Source: a virus. From it: a stretch of DNA of 64,000 nucleotides. Shown here piece by piece: positions 46,587 through 56,232 of the stretch. Under the pieces are notes generated by a model that worked only from the letters and a program-made list of their open reading frames with translations, was not told where the DNA came from and ran no database searches. Within the stretch, counting starts at the first letter, position 1; each line of letters starts with the position of its first letter. The stretch spans positions 32,001 to 96,000 of IMG/VR virus record IMGVR_UViG_3300020180_000010; one strand, written 5' to 3'. Position numbers and translations under genes: made by a program.

Positions 46587-49500
46587 TTATTCGCTAACCA
46601 GCCAGATATCTATAACAGAACTTGCAAGTATTTTCTCTCTCTTTATTCCGTCTGATGAGGCTCCGGAGGATGCTGATGAATTATTGTTAAGATTGTTTAC
46701 GGCATCCCACGCAAAAGATGATGGTTGTCTGGGTTCAGATTCTTTTCCACGATCTATTTCTTCTATCGTTACTAATTCTTTCGGCAATGGTAAAAACACG
46801 GAATCATCCGCGAGCGCGGGCGCGGGAGGATCACTGCTGCCGAAAGCTGCCGTGGCTTTTTTAGAATTTTCCGCGGTAAGGAACTTCTTAACAAATTCAG
46901 CAGCTTCTTTTAATTCAGGTGTTACGGTGTTGATTCCTTTTTTGCTATTGAAGAATATTCTGATCTGAACTGTCGGAAGAACCTTGTCTGAATTTGGTGT
47001 CATGAAAGAGAAAATGCTCCTTCCGATATTCAACAATATATTTTTGTTTTTGGATCCGTACGGATCCGCTGCAATTTGATCCCCGCCAGATTCGCCTGTT
47101 GCTCCGCTGGCCCCTGCTGCTCCGCTGGCCGCTGACTTCAAGACCGACCCACCCACGGGAGCCAAGATAATCGTTCCTAACTTCTGATCCCCTGAGTCCG
47201 GCCCCTTATAGACAGTCTGATTAACTTGATCTCTGTTTCGATACAGAACCTTACCAATAACATCGAACGATGTTGGGATGTATTCTCCCAAACCATGTCC
47301 GTGCGACATATTGATGGTCGTTTTGAAAACACTTCCATAAGTAAAAATATGACTTACTGATTGTACGTAAAATAATATATTTCTTGGTTCAAAATATACA
47401 ACTTCACCAGGCTGTTGGAATTCATTTCCTACCAATGTTGCGGATCCGGTAAATATTTTACCTCTTTCACGATTCAGCAATGATACCGCGTACGGCGCAC
47501 ATTGAGTATCGGGATCGCTAAAAAACGGAACCGTAACGGCTTGAGTACCTTTGAGTCCGTACATTCTCCAAAGATCATAATCCACAGCATATGCGCTCGT
47601 GAGAGCGTTTCCTCCGCTCTTGCTAAGACTCAAATCTCCCGGAGCGTCCGCGAATCCTTCCGCGAACAACCCGTCTACCCTGACCATATTAAAACCAGGT
47701 GATTTTTCATTAAAATCATATGAAATTATGTTTCGGTTCCGTATAACGTACCTTGAACCGGATCCAAATCCATAATCATCATAGGATTCATCCTCGATCA
47801 TATTTTCTAATATTTCCGGAACATCTTTTTTGGTGAAAAGATTCTGGAACGTAACCTTATTCGACTCTCCGCCGGAAGTTGTAGTTTCGTACGTATCCTT
47901 CATACTTTTAACGGCACTCGCGGCAGACTTGACAAGATTCTGCCTCCTACCGATCAGTCCCGCAATTTCTTTGGTTATTTTGAAGACATCAATGGCACTG
48001 GTGGTTTTTAGTTTATCAGTATTGACCAGTAAGCTTTTCAACTGAACCGGAGCTACACCTGTTTTTGATGTTAACCGATTAACAATCGCATCTGAACGAT
48101 CTTGTAACTTATCAGAAGATGTGATGAATGTATTAATATTACTGACTGATGTTTGAGATACAAGACTTACTCGTTTTTGAATATTAAATACAGATCCGGT
48201 ATTTTTTGCCTGACGTTCCAACGAACTAGATAAATCACCTAAGTTTCTAACTAATTCAGAAGAATCCGATACCTTTGTTTTATCGTCGGGATCTTTTTCA
48301 TTAAAAATAGCTTCCAATGAAGCGATTTTTCCATCCTGGGCTGATACGAAAGTAAATGTACCTCCGCCTATATTTATTAATGCCGTGACTTCATCATCAG
48401 ACGCTTTTCCGAGCGCCAATGCATAATACCTGATCTCATCTTCAACAACTTCTATATTTTCAACAAGACTCTTTACTTGATTTTTAAACAGGTCTTCTAG
48501 AAACGATGGAAACAGCTGGATTCCCAATTGCTCCTTCATCTGAAACATTTTGTAGAATACGCTCTGTGGAACACGGTTGTATTGAGGAGGACGGATCTGA
48601 ATATGACCCTGTGAGTCACAAAATACTTCCAAATCCAAAATCCCCGCAACATTGTTAATCTGTTCTCCTACATATGAATAATCGCTAGAAAAATCATTCA
48701 TATTTCCTGTTACGGATTTACTAAAAGCTTGAAAATCATAGTCTTTATCATACGAGTCATCTACAATCAATAGATTCGAATCATCATTGGATTTGACACG
48801 ATACATCAATCGACGTGTCAAATAATTAAGCTTTCTTCTTAATTCTTTCCTCAGACGTGATTGTTCAGTAAGGGTAGATTTACCCGTGTCCATCAGACCG
48901 CCAACTTCAAACGAAATATCATCACCCTGTATACTGAGGAATTTTTCCCCTGAATTCATGGCTTGATTGACTGCTTTTTGCTTTTCACCGATCTGTTCAT
49001 CTAACTCTTTTATTCTTACTTTGAATACAAGGGTACTGTCTTGTTGAGCCGTACCGTCTTGCCCCGACGAAACTCCTCCAGACGTAACCATAGATAAACG
49101 ATCGAATAGAATTGCTCGTTCTCTCAGAAGAGATTCTAATTGGCTAGAATCATTCAAGAGATCTGTTTGGGTACGTATAGCCAGAGCTGTTTGGGATTCA
49201 GGTATGCTGAGACGTTTGAATGGAATGTAATTTCCATAAAGACGATTGTTTTTCTTTAAATTATTAAGAAGACCTCTATAATACGAGGCATCGACAGTTT
49301 GTTCTGTTTTGTACGAATCAAACTGAATAGCATTTTTATAAAACGTAGCAAAATTATAAGGCTCTCCAGTTAATAATAAAGACAGGACATTCATCACGTC
49401 TTGTCCGGCAAATGCATCGCTAGTGGTTCTCGTGATAACAGTTTCAACAATGGATGCACTTGGATTGAATGTATTTTTTGTTTGAGTAAGAGTGGCGATG

Positions 49501-51431
49501 CCTGATTTCCAACGATATACCATTCCAGATGGCGCGTAATATATTTGATTAATAAGTTTACTTACCGGATCTGCTTTCATATCCTTATTGAAAAAGTTCG
49601 TCAACGTGACTTCTTTTCCTTTATCCGGACCAGAGTCAAATTTAGGATTATTTTTTGTTATGAAATCAATGTTTTGTGGAAGAAGCTTCGGTACACCTCC
49701 ACCCTTCCCGCCAGCTTTTCCGGTAATGGAATCAAATGTCGTGTCGAACGGAGTCACGGGATCGTAAATCTGATGATCAAAATCTGTGGCTGATGGAGTA
49801 AAATTAACCTTGCCTTGCTTAAAATAAGCAGTCATGTCTTCTCCCAGAACACGTAACGTAAACGCACCGCTTCCGTATGATTGTGGTGCTGATGTTACCA
49901 ACCCGGCAAAAACATGTGTCCCGGCCTTATCCGTTACGAAATGATGCCTTAGCATCGACCAAAGATAATTAGGAAAATCCGATCCAACAAAAACGTCCTT
50001 TTCAATCTTGCTGAATCCAGCGTCAGGTTTGAAAAGACTATTTAGACTATCCTTCAATCCATTCAGTCCCTGACTTACCTTTTGTTGAAATCCAAATGAA
50101 TTAAAACTTGTCTGGAGACCAGAAAGAATCTTCGTATCTAACTGACTTTTACTATTAATGTATACATGGATCTCATCAAGAGGCTGAATTATAGATTTTT
50201 GATTATAATGAAGTCTCATCTGCTTTCGTAGCAACGTATTATCTTTATTGAAACTTCTTAATTTTCTTTCAGTATTGGCTTCGGTGCTGAGTTGGGCGAA
50301 TATTGAATTCGCAATAGATTTGATAAGATCTTTTTCTTGACCTTTCAAACCTTGATTTCCAAGCGGCCCTCCAAAATCAGCCGCTGTATCGATATTCGTA
50401 ACATCACCTATGATGGCTTCACCAAAGTTCCGATTCCCAGGATCCGTATCAAGATTTATCTCTATTCCCAATCCGTCGATCAATACTCTTACTTTTTTGC
50501 CAAGAAACGTATCCGGCTGAACTATGAATTTGATCGGATTGACACCTCTATTTTTTCTTTTAAGATTTAATAGTCTTTTAGTCAGCGCCATGGTGCTGTC
50601 GAGGGCACTTTTGCTTAATTGAAAAAATGTACTGCTGTAGAACGGATTTAATGAATCACTGATCGCACGATCAATGTCTTCATCCGTAATTACAAGGATT
50701 TCTAATGGATTGGATAGTGAAAGGCTACAGGAGCCACTTCCCCATTTAATACTAGTGGTGGTTTCGAGTTGATTTACCGTAGTCAATTCAATCACGCCGG
50801 TACCGATTCCGTATGTTGTCTTGAAACTACTGTTTCGGTTAACTACCCATTGTGTAGTGGCGCTGGTACGATTAAACGCCACTAATTTTCTAATTTTCTC
50901 GATTGCTTTTTTTAAACTAGAAGGTTGTTTATTGGGGCTCAAAATAGATGGTGAAAATAAATCCACGACATCCGCCGCATCTACCAAGATCGGCAGCATC
51001 GCATATTCAACATTGTTCTGAATCTGTGCGATCCTCTCTATCTTGGATAATTTTTCATATGCTGATAATTGATTACATTTATTATTAAAAAGAATAGCCG
51101 ATGCTTTCAAGAACAATTTATCATGCTTATCCATAAGTTCCGTGTTCGTCTGAACACGGAGTGATGAAAATTCTCTCTTTTTAACAAGAACCGTAATCTC
51201 TGGTTCTTGAGACATGATTTCTAATTGTTTCGGGAGTCTGGAATGTTTTGTAAATCCATTCTCAAGGTATCTTCGCTCGGCAGATTGATCAAATTTGCCC
51301 GCAAAATCCCCGAGCGCGCCGAAACGCTGAGTCGACCCGTCATCGTTGGTCGTATCGAGAGATCTTAATTTATTATCCGATAGATTAAATTGTTGATCCA
51401 GAATACTGCCGAGATTATCAAAAAACGCCAT
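46587..51431 (-). CDS. Large baseplate hub / tail protein
   Basis: 1614 aa. VFAGLV, LEVFCDSQGHIQIRPP, YGLK and GSATLVG..QPGEVVY...FYVQSVSH..F....TTINMS are typical of gp27/gpD-like hubs. Confidence 0.68.
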   Translation of the reverse strand: MAFFDNLGSILDQQFNLSDNKLRSLDTTNDDGSTQRFGALGDFAGKFDQSAERRYLENGFTKHSRLPKQLEIMSQEPEITVLVKKREFSSLRVQTNTELMDKHDKLFLKASAILFNNKCNQLSAYEKLSKIERIAQIQNNVEYAMLPILVDAADVVDLFSPSILSPNKQPSSLKKAIEKIRKLVAFNRTSATTQWVVNRNSSFKTTYGIGTGVIELTTVNQLETTTSIKWGSGSCSLSLSNPLEILVITDEDIDRAISDSLNPFYSSTFFQLSKSALDSTMALTKRLLNLKRKNRGVNPIKFIVQPDTFLGKKVRVLIDGLGIEINLDTDPGNRNFGEAIIGDVTNIDTAADFGGPLGNQGLKGQEKDLIKSIANSIFAQLSTEANTERKLRSFNKDNTLLRKQMRLHYNQKSIIQPLDEIHVYINSKSQLDTKILSGLQTSFNSFGFQQKVSQGLNGLKDSLNSLFKPDAGFSKIEKDVFVGSDFPNYLWSMLRHHFVTDKAGTHVFAGLVTSAPQSYGSGAFTLRVLGEDMTAYFKQGKVNFTPSATDFDHQIYDPVTPFDTTFDSITGKAGGKGGGVPKLLPQNIDFITKNNPKFDSGPDKGKEVTLTNFFNKDMKADPVSKLINQIYYAPSGMVYRWKSGIATLTQTKNTFNPSASIVETVITRTTSDAFAGQDVMNVLSLLLTGEPYNFATFYKNAIQFDSYKTEQTVDASYYRGLLNNLKKNNRLYGNYIPFKRLSIPESQTALAIRTQTDLLNDSSQLESLLRERAILFDRLSMVTSGGVSSGQDGTAQQDSTLVFKVRIKELDEQIGEKQKAVNQAMNSGEKFLSIQGDDISFEVGGLMDTGKSTLTEQSRLRKELRRKLNYLTRRLMYRVKSNDDSNLLIVDDSYDKDYDFQAFSKSVTGNMNDFSSDYSYVGEQINNVAGILDLEVFCDSQGHIQIRPPQYNRVPQSVFYKMFQMKEQLGIQLFPSFLEDLFKNQVKSLVENIEVVEDEIRYYALALGKASDDEVTALINIGGGTFTFVSAQDGKIASLEAIFNEKDPDDKTKVSDSSELVRNLGDLSSSLERQAKNTGSVFNIQKRVSLVSQTSVSNINTFITSSDKLQDRSDAIVNRLTSKTGVAPVQLKSLLVNTDKLKTTSAIDVFKITKEIAGLIGRRQNLVKSAASAVKSMKDTYETTTSGGESNKVTFQNLFTKKDVPEILENMIEDESYDDYGFGSGSRYVIRNRNIISYDFNEKSPGFNMVRVDGLFAEGFADAPGDLSLSKSGGNALTSAYAVDYDLWRMYGLKGTQAVTVPFFSDPDTQCAPYAVSLLNRERGKIFTGSATLVGNEFQQPGEVVYFEPRNILFYVQSVSHIFTYGSVFKTTINMSHGHGLGEYIPTSFDVIGKVLYRNRDQVNQTVYKGPDSGDQKLGTIILAPVGGSVLKSAASGAAGASGATGESGGDQIAADPYGSKNKNILLNIGRSIFSFMTPNSDKVLPTVQIRIFFNSKKGINTVTPELKEAAEFVKKFLTAENSKKATAAFGSSDPPAPALADDSVFLPLPKELVTIEEIDRGKESEPRQPSSFAWDAVNNLNNNSSASSGASSDGIKREKILASSVIDIWLVSE

Positions 51432-51453
51432 CTTACTTTATCTATATCTGACT

Positions 51454-52311
51454 CTATCTTTTCGTAGAATAGTGTCCGAATGTGCTGGGAATACCACCAG
51501 CAGAATTGTTGCTCGGCCCACCAACGGCAGACCTGTTCCAAGGCATGCTGTTGAGCCGGTATCCTCGTCTCTGCGTTACATGAAAATGCATCGAATAACT
51601 GATCGTTCCGATCAATTCGGCATCTTCCGTTACCGAAAAATCTTTAAAATAACCTCGGAAAACTGATCCGTCATAATACATTTCTACCCCAAGCGCCAAC
51701 GCCGCTAAGGACGGAACATTCTGTGGAGCAATGGCGCCGGAACCTGGATCCGCACCGAGCAGTCCTCCCGCAACGGTACTGGCGATGCTTCCGCCCAATC
51801 CTCCACCAAAAATAGATTCACCAGCTTTATCAACAATACCCTGAAATCCTGATGTCCTGGCATCTGCTGATAGAGCCAATCCGATCGCATCGAATGATAA
51901 TTGTTCTGCACGGAATATTTCATACAGAACATTGATTCCTTCGATACCAGAACTTCCGGTCGATCCGCTGATCGTGAGCTTAGGAAGCTCCTCTCCCCAA
52001 TACTGAATAACGAATCCGCCTTTCGTTTGTTCTTCCTTTATTATTTTAGTATAAATGTATACTATATTTTTAGGATTCACGTACATCTTTACGACACCGT
52101 ATTCCGGAACGAACCAACTAATAATTTTTCTTTTTTGTTTCGCCGGACGTCTATCTGACGGTGCTTTGGCTGATGGAAGACCATTCCCATCACCTGAAGG
52201 AATTCCCGATACAATGAATCCATCTTTCTCGAAGTCTTGAGGTCCGCTTGAACCACCGAGAGCTTGTGAGACTTGATTCAATCCATCAATAATAGGTCCG
52301 AATACGCCCAT
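51454..52311 (-). CDS. Tail tube initiator / baseplate organization protein
   Basis: MYVNP, TKGGFVIQYWGEEL..LTISGSTG and FRGYFKDFSVTE; follows the tape measure. Confidence 0.65.
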   Translation of the reverse strand: MGVFGPIIDGLNQVSQALGGSSGPQDFEKDGFIVSGIPSGDGNGLPSAKAPSDRRPAKQKRKIISWFVPEYGVVKMYVNPKNIVYIYTKIIKEEQTKGGFVIQYWGEELPKLTISGSTGSSGIEGINVLYEIFRAEQLSFDAIGLALSADARTSGFQGIVDKAGESIFGGGLGGSIASTVAGGLLGADPGSGAIAPQNVPSLAALALGVEMYYDGSVFRGYFKDFSVTEDAELIGTISYSMHFHVTQRRGYRLNSMPWNRSAVGGPSNNSAGGIPSTFGHYSTKR

Positions 52312-52360
52312 GATAATATGAGTTGATATGCCTCCGGCATTCTCTTGTCTTATGCAGGAG

Positions 52361-54505
52361 TTATTCTGATCTTCTTGGGATCAGAGACTGTCTCGATTCT
52401 ACTTCGGCGATGATTTTACCTTTATCATTAACTCTGCCACAATCAATGCACTTCACCTCTAGTTGTCCAGTGATCTTTAAACTATCGGGAAACTTTACTT
52501 CCTGCGCTCCGAGACGTGCCTGATTTTGTCCCGTACCTGCGCCGCCACCCGTACCAACATTTTGGATCGATCTTACGGTTTTATCCGTAAGAGCCGCGGA
52601 GGGAGATTTTTCAGCCGGACGCTGAATCTGTTGCGCTGCCATTTGTTGGTGTTGTTTATGTGTAATGACAGGAGGAAGAGGAGCGGTAGTCCTGCCCCGT
52701 ACCATATCTCTCTTATCCGTATCACCAATACGCGTGATCGTCGGAAGAGGCTTATCTGGACGTGTGGCTTCGTGGTGTTTCTCTTTTCCACTAATAAAGA
52801 GTTTGGCGGTTGCCCCGGCTTCCTTGATTGACGGGAAAAGTCCGCCTTTTTGAGGCGCGGTAGAATCTTGTAAAGATGCTCCGACAGCTTGAGTCGCGTC
52901 TTGTGATAAACTGTTTAATACTTTTTCAACTATAGGATTGCCTTTTCCAGCAATTACTCCAAGTATTCTTGTAATGTTTGCTAATGATTCCTGCTGTATC
53001 TTGGTAATACTGGCACTTATGGCCGTGAGTGCGGTTTTTCGATCATCCTGAACATTTTTACCGCGCTGACTGCTTATTTCGAAAAGATCTTGCTTGCCTC
53101 TTACTTCTCCCGTTCCGAGCGTTCCGGTTTTCAACGCATCAAAGAATCTTCCGGCAGACTGCTCATCCTTTACCATGGCTCCGAATGGAGTGGATTTTGC
53201 TAATGATAATTGTCTTCGGTATTGTGCGGCAGACCTGGGATCCTGTCCGGCTTGTTCAAGAGATACGATATTCCCCCCAAGCTGGCGTTTAAACGTATCC
53301 TGAGCCATTTTCATGACTTCATCAAGCTTGTCTTGCCGTATCAGATTATCAATTTTATAAGCGCCCTGAAGCCCTCCCGGACCTCCGGATCTAGATGAAA
53401 TGAATGCTTTGCTTCCGGTATCGAGACCCTTAATACCATCCACCATTTCATTAATCAATTTGGCTGACTGTGTAGATGATAAGCCTATTTCTCTAAATGT
53501 TGGACCGAAACGTTGCAGGATATTAAGAGTAGAGTTGGATTGATCTCCAAGCATTCCGAATTTATTAGCAACATCCTCAGCTACGGACCTGACATCATTA
53601 AATGTTAATTTAGAGAATTCAGATACGGTATTCAGGGCACCTATATATTTAACAGCATCACCAGCACTCAAGCCCATCTTTTCATAAGCTTCTTTTATTT
53701 CTAACTGAACCTTTGGCAATCCTCCGAGAGTCGTGACGGAAACTCTTGTCGCGGCATTCACAACATCTAATGTTCCGCCCCATTCAGTCGTGGAGTCAGA
53801 TGAACTATTCATGGCTCCCGGAATCTCTCCGATAGTGGATCTTAGTTGATTCAACGATGTAACGCTGAATCCTGTTGCTAAGGATAAATTCTTTGTTTGT
53901 TCTATAAGATTATGAGTTTTATCAGTAAGATTTTGAGAAGAAGCTCCCCCGATATCAAATACGTCGCTTAGTTGACCACGGGCCACGGCCAATTGAATAA
54001 ATTGGTCTTCAACGCCTCGGATGGCTTGAGCATTTCTGATCATAAGATCAATTCCATCGGTAACTCCGGTGATCATTTTTTCGATCTCCATTCCCACTTC
54101 TGGTATATTTCCTGTCAGGCTTGTAATCTGAGTCAACACTCCTTTAATCGGAGCAAAGGTTTCGGCAGTTGTGACGAATCCTAATTTTGCATCGGTCGCA
54201 AAACCTGCAAACGTCTCAGATGCATGTTGGCCAGCAATTGCAGAACTGATAATCGCTTCACCTAATTGTTTAACAAGAGTTATAGTGGACTCTATTTTCC
54301 CGGGATCAATAAATTTACTTATACTGTCTTTATTATTCTGTACTGTTGATTTTAAGTCAGTTAATTGTTTATTAAAGCGATCTGTTTCGGTGCCCGCTTT
54401 TTGAGCGTTATTTATGAAGCCTTCCATGGCTTTTGCCAATGCATCAAATCCTGATGGATCCGGTGCGGTCGGAACCGTGGCAGTAGTTTCGGAAGGATCA
54501 GTCAT
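52361..54505 (-). CDS. Tail tape measure protein
   Basis: Ala/Gly/Thr-rich helical 714-aa ORF immediately after the frameshifting chaperone pair. Confidence 0.7.
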   Translation of the reverse strand: MTDPSETTATVPTAPDPSGFDALAKAMEGFINNAQKAGTETDRFNKQLTDLKSTVQNNKDSISKFIDPGKIESTITLVKQLGEAIISSAIAGQHASETFAGFATDAKLGFVTTAETFAPIKGVLTQITSLTGNIPEVGMEIEKMITGVTDGIDLMIRNAQAIRGVEDQFIQLAVARGQLSDVFDIGGASSQNLTDKTHNLIEQTKNLSLATGFSVTSLNQLRSTIGEIPGAMNSSSDSTTEWGGTLDVVNAATRVSVTTLGGLPKVQLEIKEAYEKMGLSAGDAVKYIGALNTVSEFSKLTFNDVRSVAEDVANKFGMLGDQSNSTLNILQRFGPTFREIGLSSTQSAKLINEMVDGIKGLDTGSKAFISSRSGGPGGLQGAYKIDNLIRQDKLDEVMKMAQDTFKRQLGGNIVSLEQAGQDPRSAAQYRRQLSLAKSTPFGAMVKDEQSAGRFFDALKTGTLGTGEVRGKQDLFEISSQRGKNVQDDRKTALTAISASITKIQQESLANITRILGVIAGKGNPIVEKVLNSLSQDATQAVGASLQDSTAPQKGGLFPSIKEAGATAKLFISGKEKHHEATRPDKPLPTITRIGDTDKRDMVRGRTTAPLPPVITHKQHQQMAAQQIQRPAEKSPSAALTDKTVRSIQNVGTGGGAGTGQNQARLGAQEVKFPDSLKITGQLEVKCIDCGRVNDKGKIIAEVESRQSLIPRRSE

Positions 54506-54516
54506 TGTTTATTAAT

Positions 54517-54867
54517 TCATGAACCTGTCAGGGCTCGGCGTTTTCGTTTCTTTTTTGAAGAAACGACGTTAGTTTGATTAGATTCGATAAGTTTACGTGA
54601 AAATTCATCGAATTCAGCATCGGTTGATTTGAATGTATTATTATCACGATTCAATAGTTCCCGAACTGCCTGTGGATTGATGAAAGATCCAACAGCATAA
54701 CTGATATCTCGAATATCCTCACCTTTTTCCATCTGATCCTCAACCCAATGCTCAAACATTAATAGTTTCAGAAGAGGATCCATGTCCTCAAAATATGGAT
54801 CATCCGGAAGTCTTTGATATGTTTTACTTAAGAACCAGATAAAACGCTGATCTGGTTCCTTAACTAT
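54517..54867 (-). CDS. Tail assembly chaperone, -1 frameshift extension (GT-like)
   Basis: The -1 frame is open from the slippery site: IVKEPDQRFIWFLSKTYQRLPDDPYFED runs into MDPLLKLLMFEHW (the 54517..54783 ORF). Confidence 0.75.
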   Translation of the reverse strand: MVKEPDQRFIWFLSKTYQRLPDDPYFEDMDPLLKLLMFEHWVEDQMEKGEDIRDISYAVGSFINPQAVRELLNRDNNTFKSTDAEFDEFSRKLIESNQTNVVSSKKKRKRRALTGS

Positions 54868-55478
54868 TTTTTTATTTCTTCAGCCAATTCTTTCAGATCG
54901 GTTTCGGAACTGACCTTAAATCGATCCGATGCTTCTCTCGTCAATGATGCAAATTCAGAATAAAGCCGCTCAATAAGGCTTTCATCAAATTCATCCAGAA
55001 TATCCATAACGGCCGAACGATCATTTGTTTCGAGAGCCGTAAATAGATCGTTCCCATCAATCGCGCATAATGATGTTGCTAATTGCTGTCTACGTAGTTC
55101 AAATGTCTGCTGGATCACATCCTGTTGAAGCGATTCAGCTATACATGACCGCATTTCTTTTGATTTAAGAGTCCTGAGTGTAAATGTAGTATTTTCGATC
55201 CGTACTTCTTTAGTTATTCTTCCGATATTCGCTAGAAATTCTACACGCTGTTTATTATACGGTGTTATTTTTACTTTTCCGGTTACTTTTTCTTTCCGGG
55301 CTGCGGCAATTTCTCTTTCCATTGCAGCATAATCAGCTCGTGATTGACCATACTCTTCGTTAAGATCATTATCCTGGCCAGAATTATCCGGAACTTCATA
55401 GGTACGTTGAGTCGAGGCTCGGTGCGTAACGGAAGGTGAAAAATTTTTATTTCCGATCGGACTATTTATACTTGACAT
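54864..55478 (-). CDS. Tail assembly chaperone (G-like)
   Basis: Lies between tube and tape measure; ends ATA AAA AAA TAG. Confidence 0.75.
   Translation of the reverse strand: MSSINSPIGNKNFSPSVTHRASTQRTYEVPDNSGQDNDLNEEYGQSRADYAAMEREIAAARKEKVTGKVKITPYNKQRVEFLANIGRITKEVRIENTTFTLRTLKSKEMRSCIAESLQQDVIQQTFELRRQQLATSLCAIDGNDLFTALETNDRSAVMDILDEFDESLIERLYSEFASLTREASDRFKVSSETDLKELAEEIKK
54867..54873 (-). other. Slippery heptamer A AAA AAA
   Basis: Seven A's immediately before the chaperone stop codon, in X XXY YYZ register. Confidence 0.75.
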
Positions 55479-55504
55479 ACTGCCGTTCTTCTTTCTTCAA
55501 AATG

Positions 55505-55539
55505 AATCAGGAGAGCTGCATTTCTGCGCTCTCCTGATT
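55505..55539 (-). terminator. Hairpin/terminator after the tail tube gene
   Basis: 12-bp stem aatcaggagagc/gctctcctgatt followed by CATTTT on the minus strand. Confidence 0.6.
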
Positions 55540-55561
55540 ATATATCAATTTGATTCTTTGT

Positions 55562-56185
55562 TTAGAATGGATTACGATTTAAGAAGGCATTGATAAGACC
55601 CGGGGCATCCATAGAGCCACGACGACCGCCACGATCCGCTTCACGTTCGATCTCATCATTAAAGAATACGAGTCCTCGTTCTCCACCCGTTGCGGCATTA
55701 TTGGCTCCGCCAGCAAAATGGCTCTCAATGCTTTCGCAATCAAAGTGCATTTGTTCAGATATGATAAAAGCATCCGCGCCATAACTAGTTTGGATACTAT
55801 TTATCCACACATTTCGAAGAGTCGTGACGATCGTATTCTCCCCATCTCCTTTAAACGTATCGAAGATATCAATATCAAACGGATATCGCTGAGCATGCGC
55901 GTGTACGTACCCACGGCCAAAAGCCTCGGCAATGCGAAGACGATCAAAACGAATCCGGGTACAATTGCCTATAATTTTGACTGAGCCGTTTGGGACGCTA
56001 TCAACGTTACCATCCGTCCCAACCTCCTTAAGCATATAGATCGCCCGCGTCTCGGTGTAACTGATCGTCTGGATCGCGCCGATCGCGTTATTATTAACTT
56101 TAACTACAATATTAGTGCTGAGTGCGGTGCCGATACGATTTTTACCGTCGCCCGAATAAAAATTTGTTCCCGTTTGAGCTGCCAT
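55562..56185 (-). CDS. Tail tube protein
   Basis: Follows the sheath; IGAIQTISYTETR..EVG, YPFDIDI and NVWI strands. Confidence 0.75.
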   Translation of the reverse strand: MAAQTGTNFYSGDGKNRIGTALSTNIVVKVNNNAIGAIQTISYTETRAIYMLKEVGTDGNVDSVPNGSVKIIGNCTRIRFDRLRIAEAFGRGYVHAHAQRYPFDIDIFDTFKGDGENTIVTTLRNVWINSIQTSYGADAFIISEQMHFDCESIESHFAGGANNAATGGERGLVFFNDEIEREADRGGRRGSMDAPGLINAFLNRNPF

Positions 56186-56232
56186 TTAGTTCTCCAGATC
56201 CTGTAATATAATAAAATTATTCATTCTTTGAG

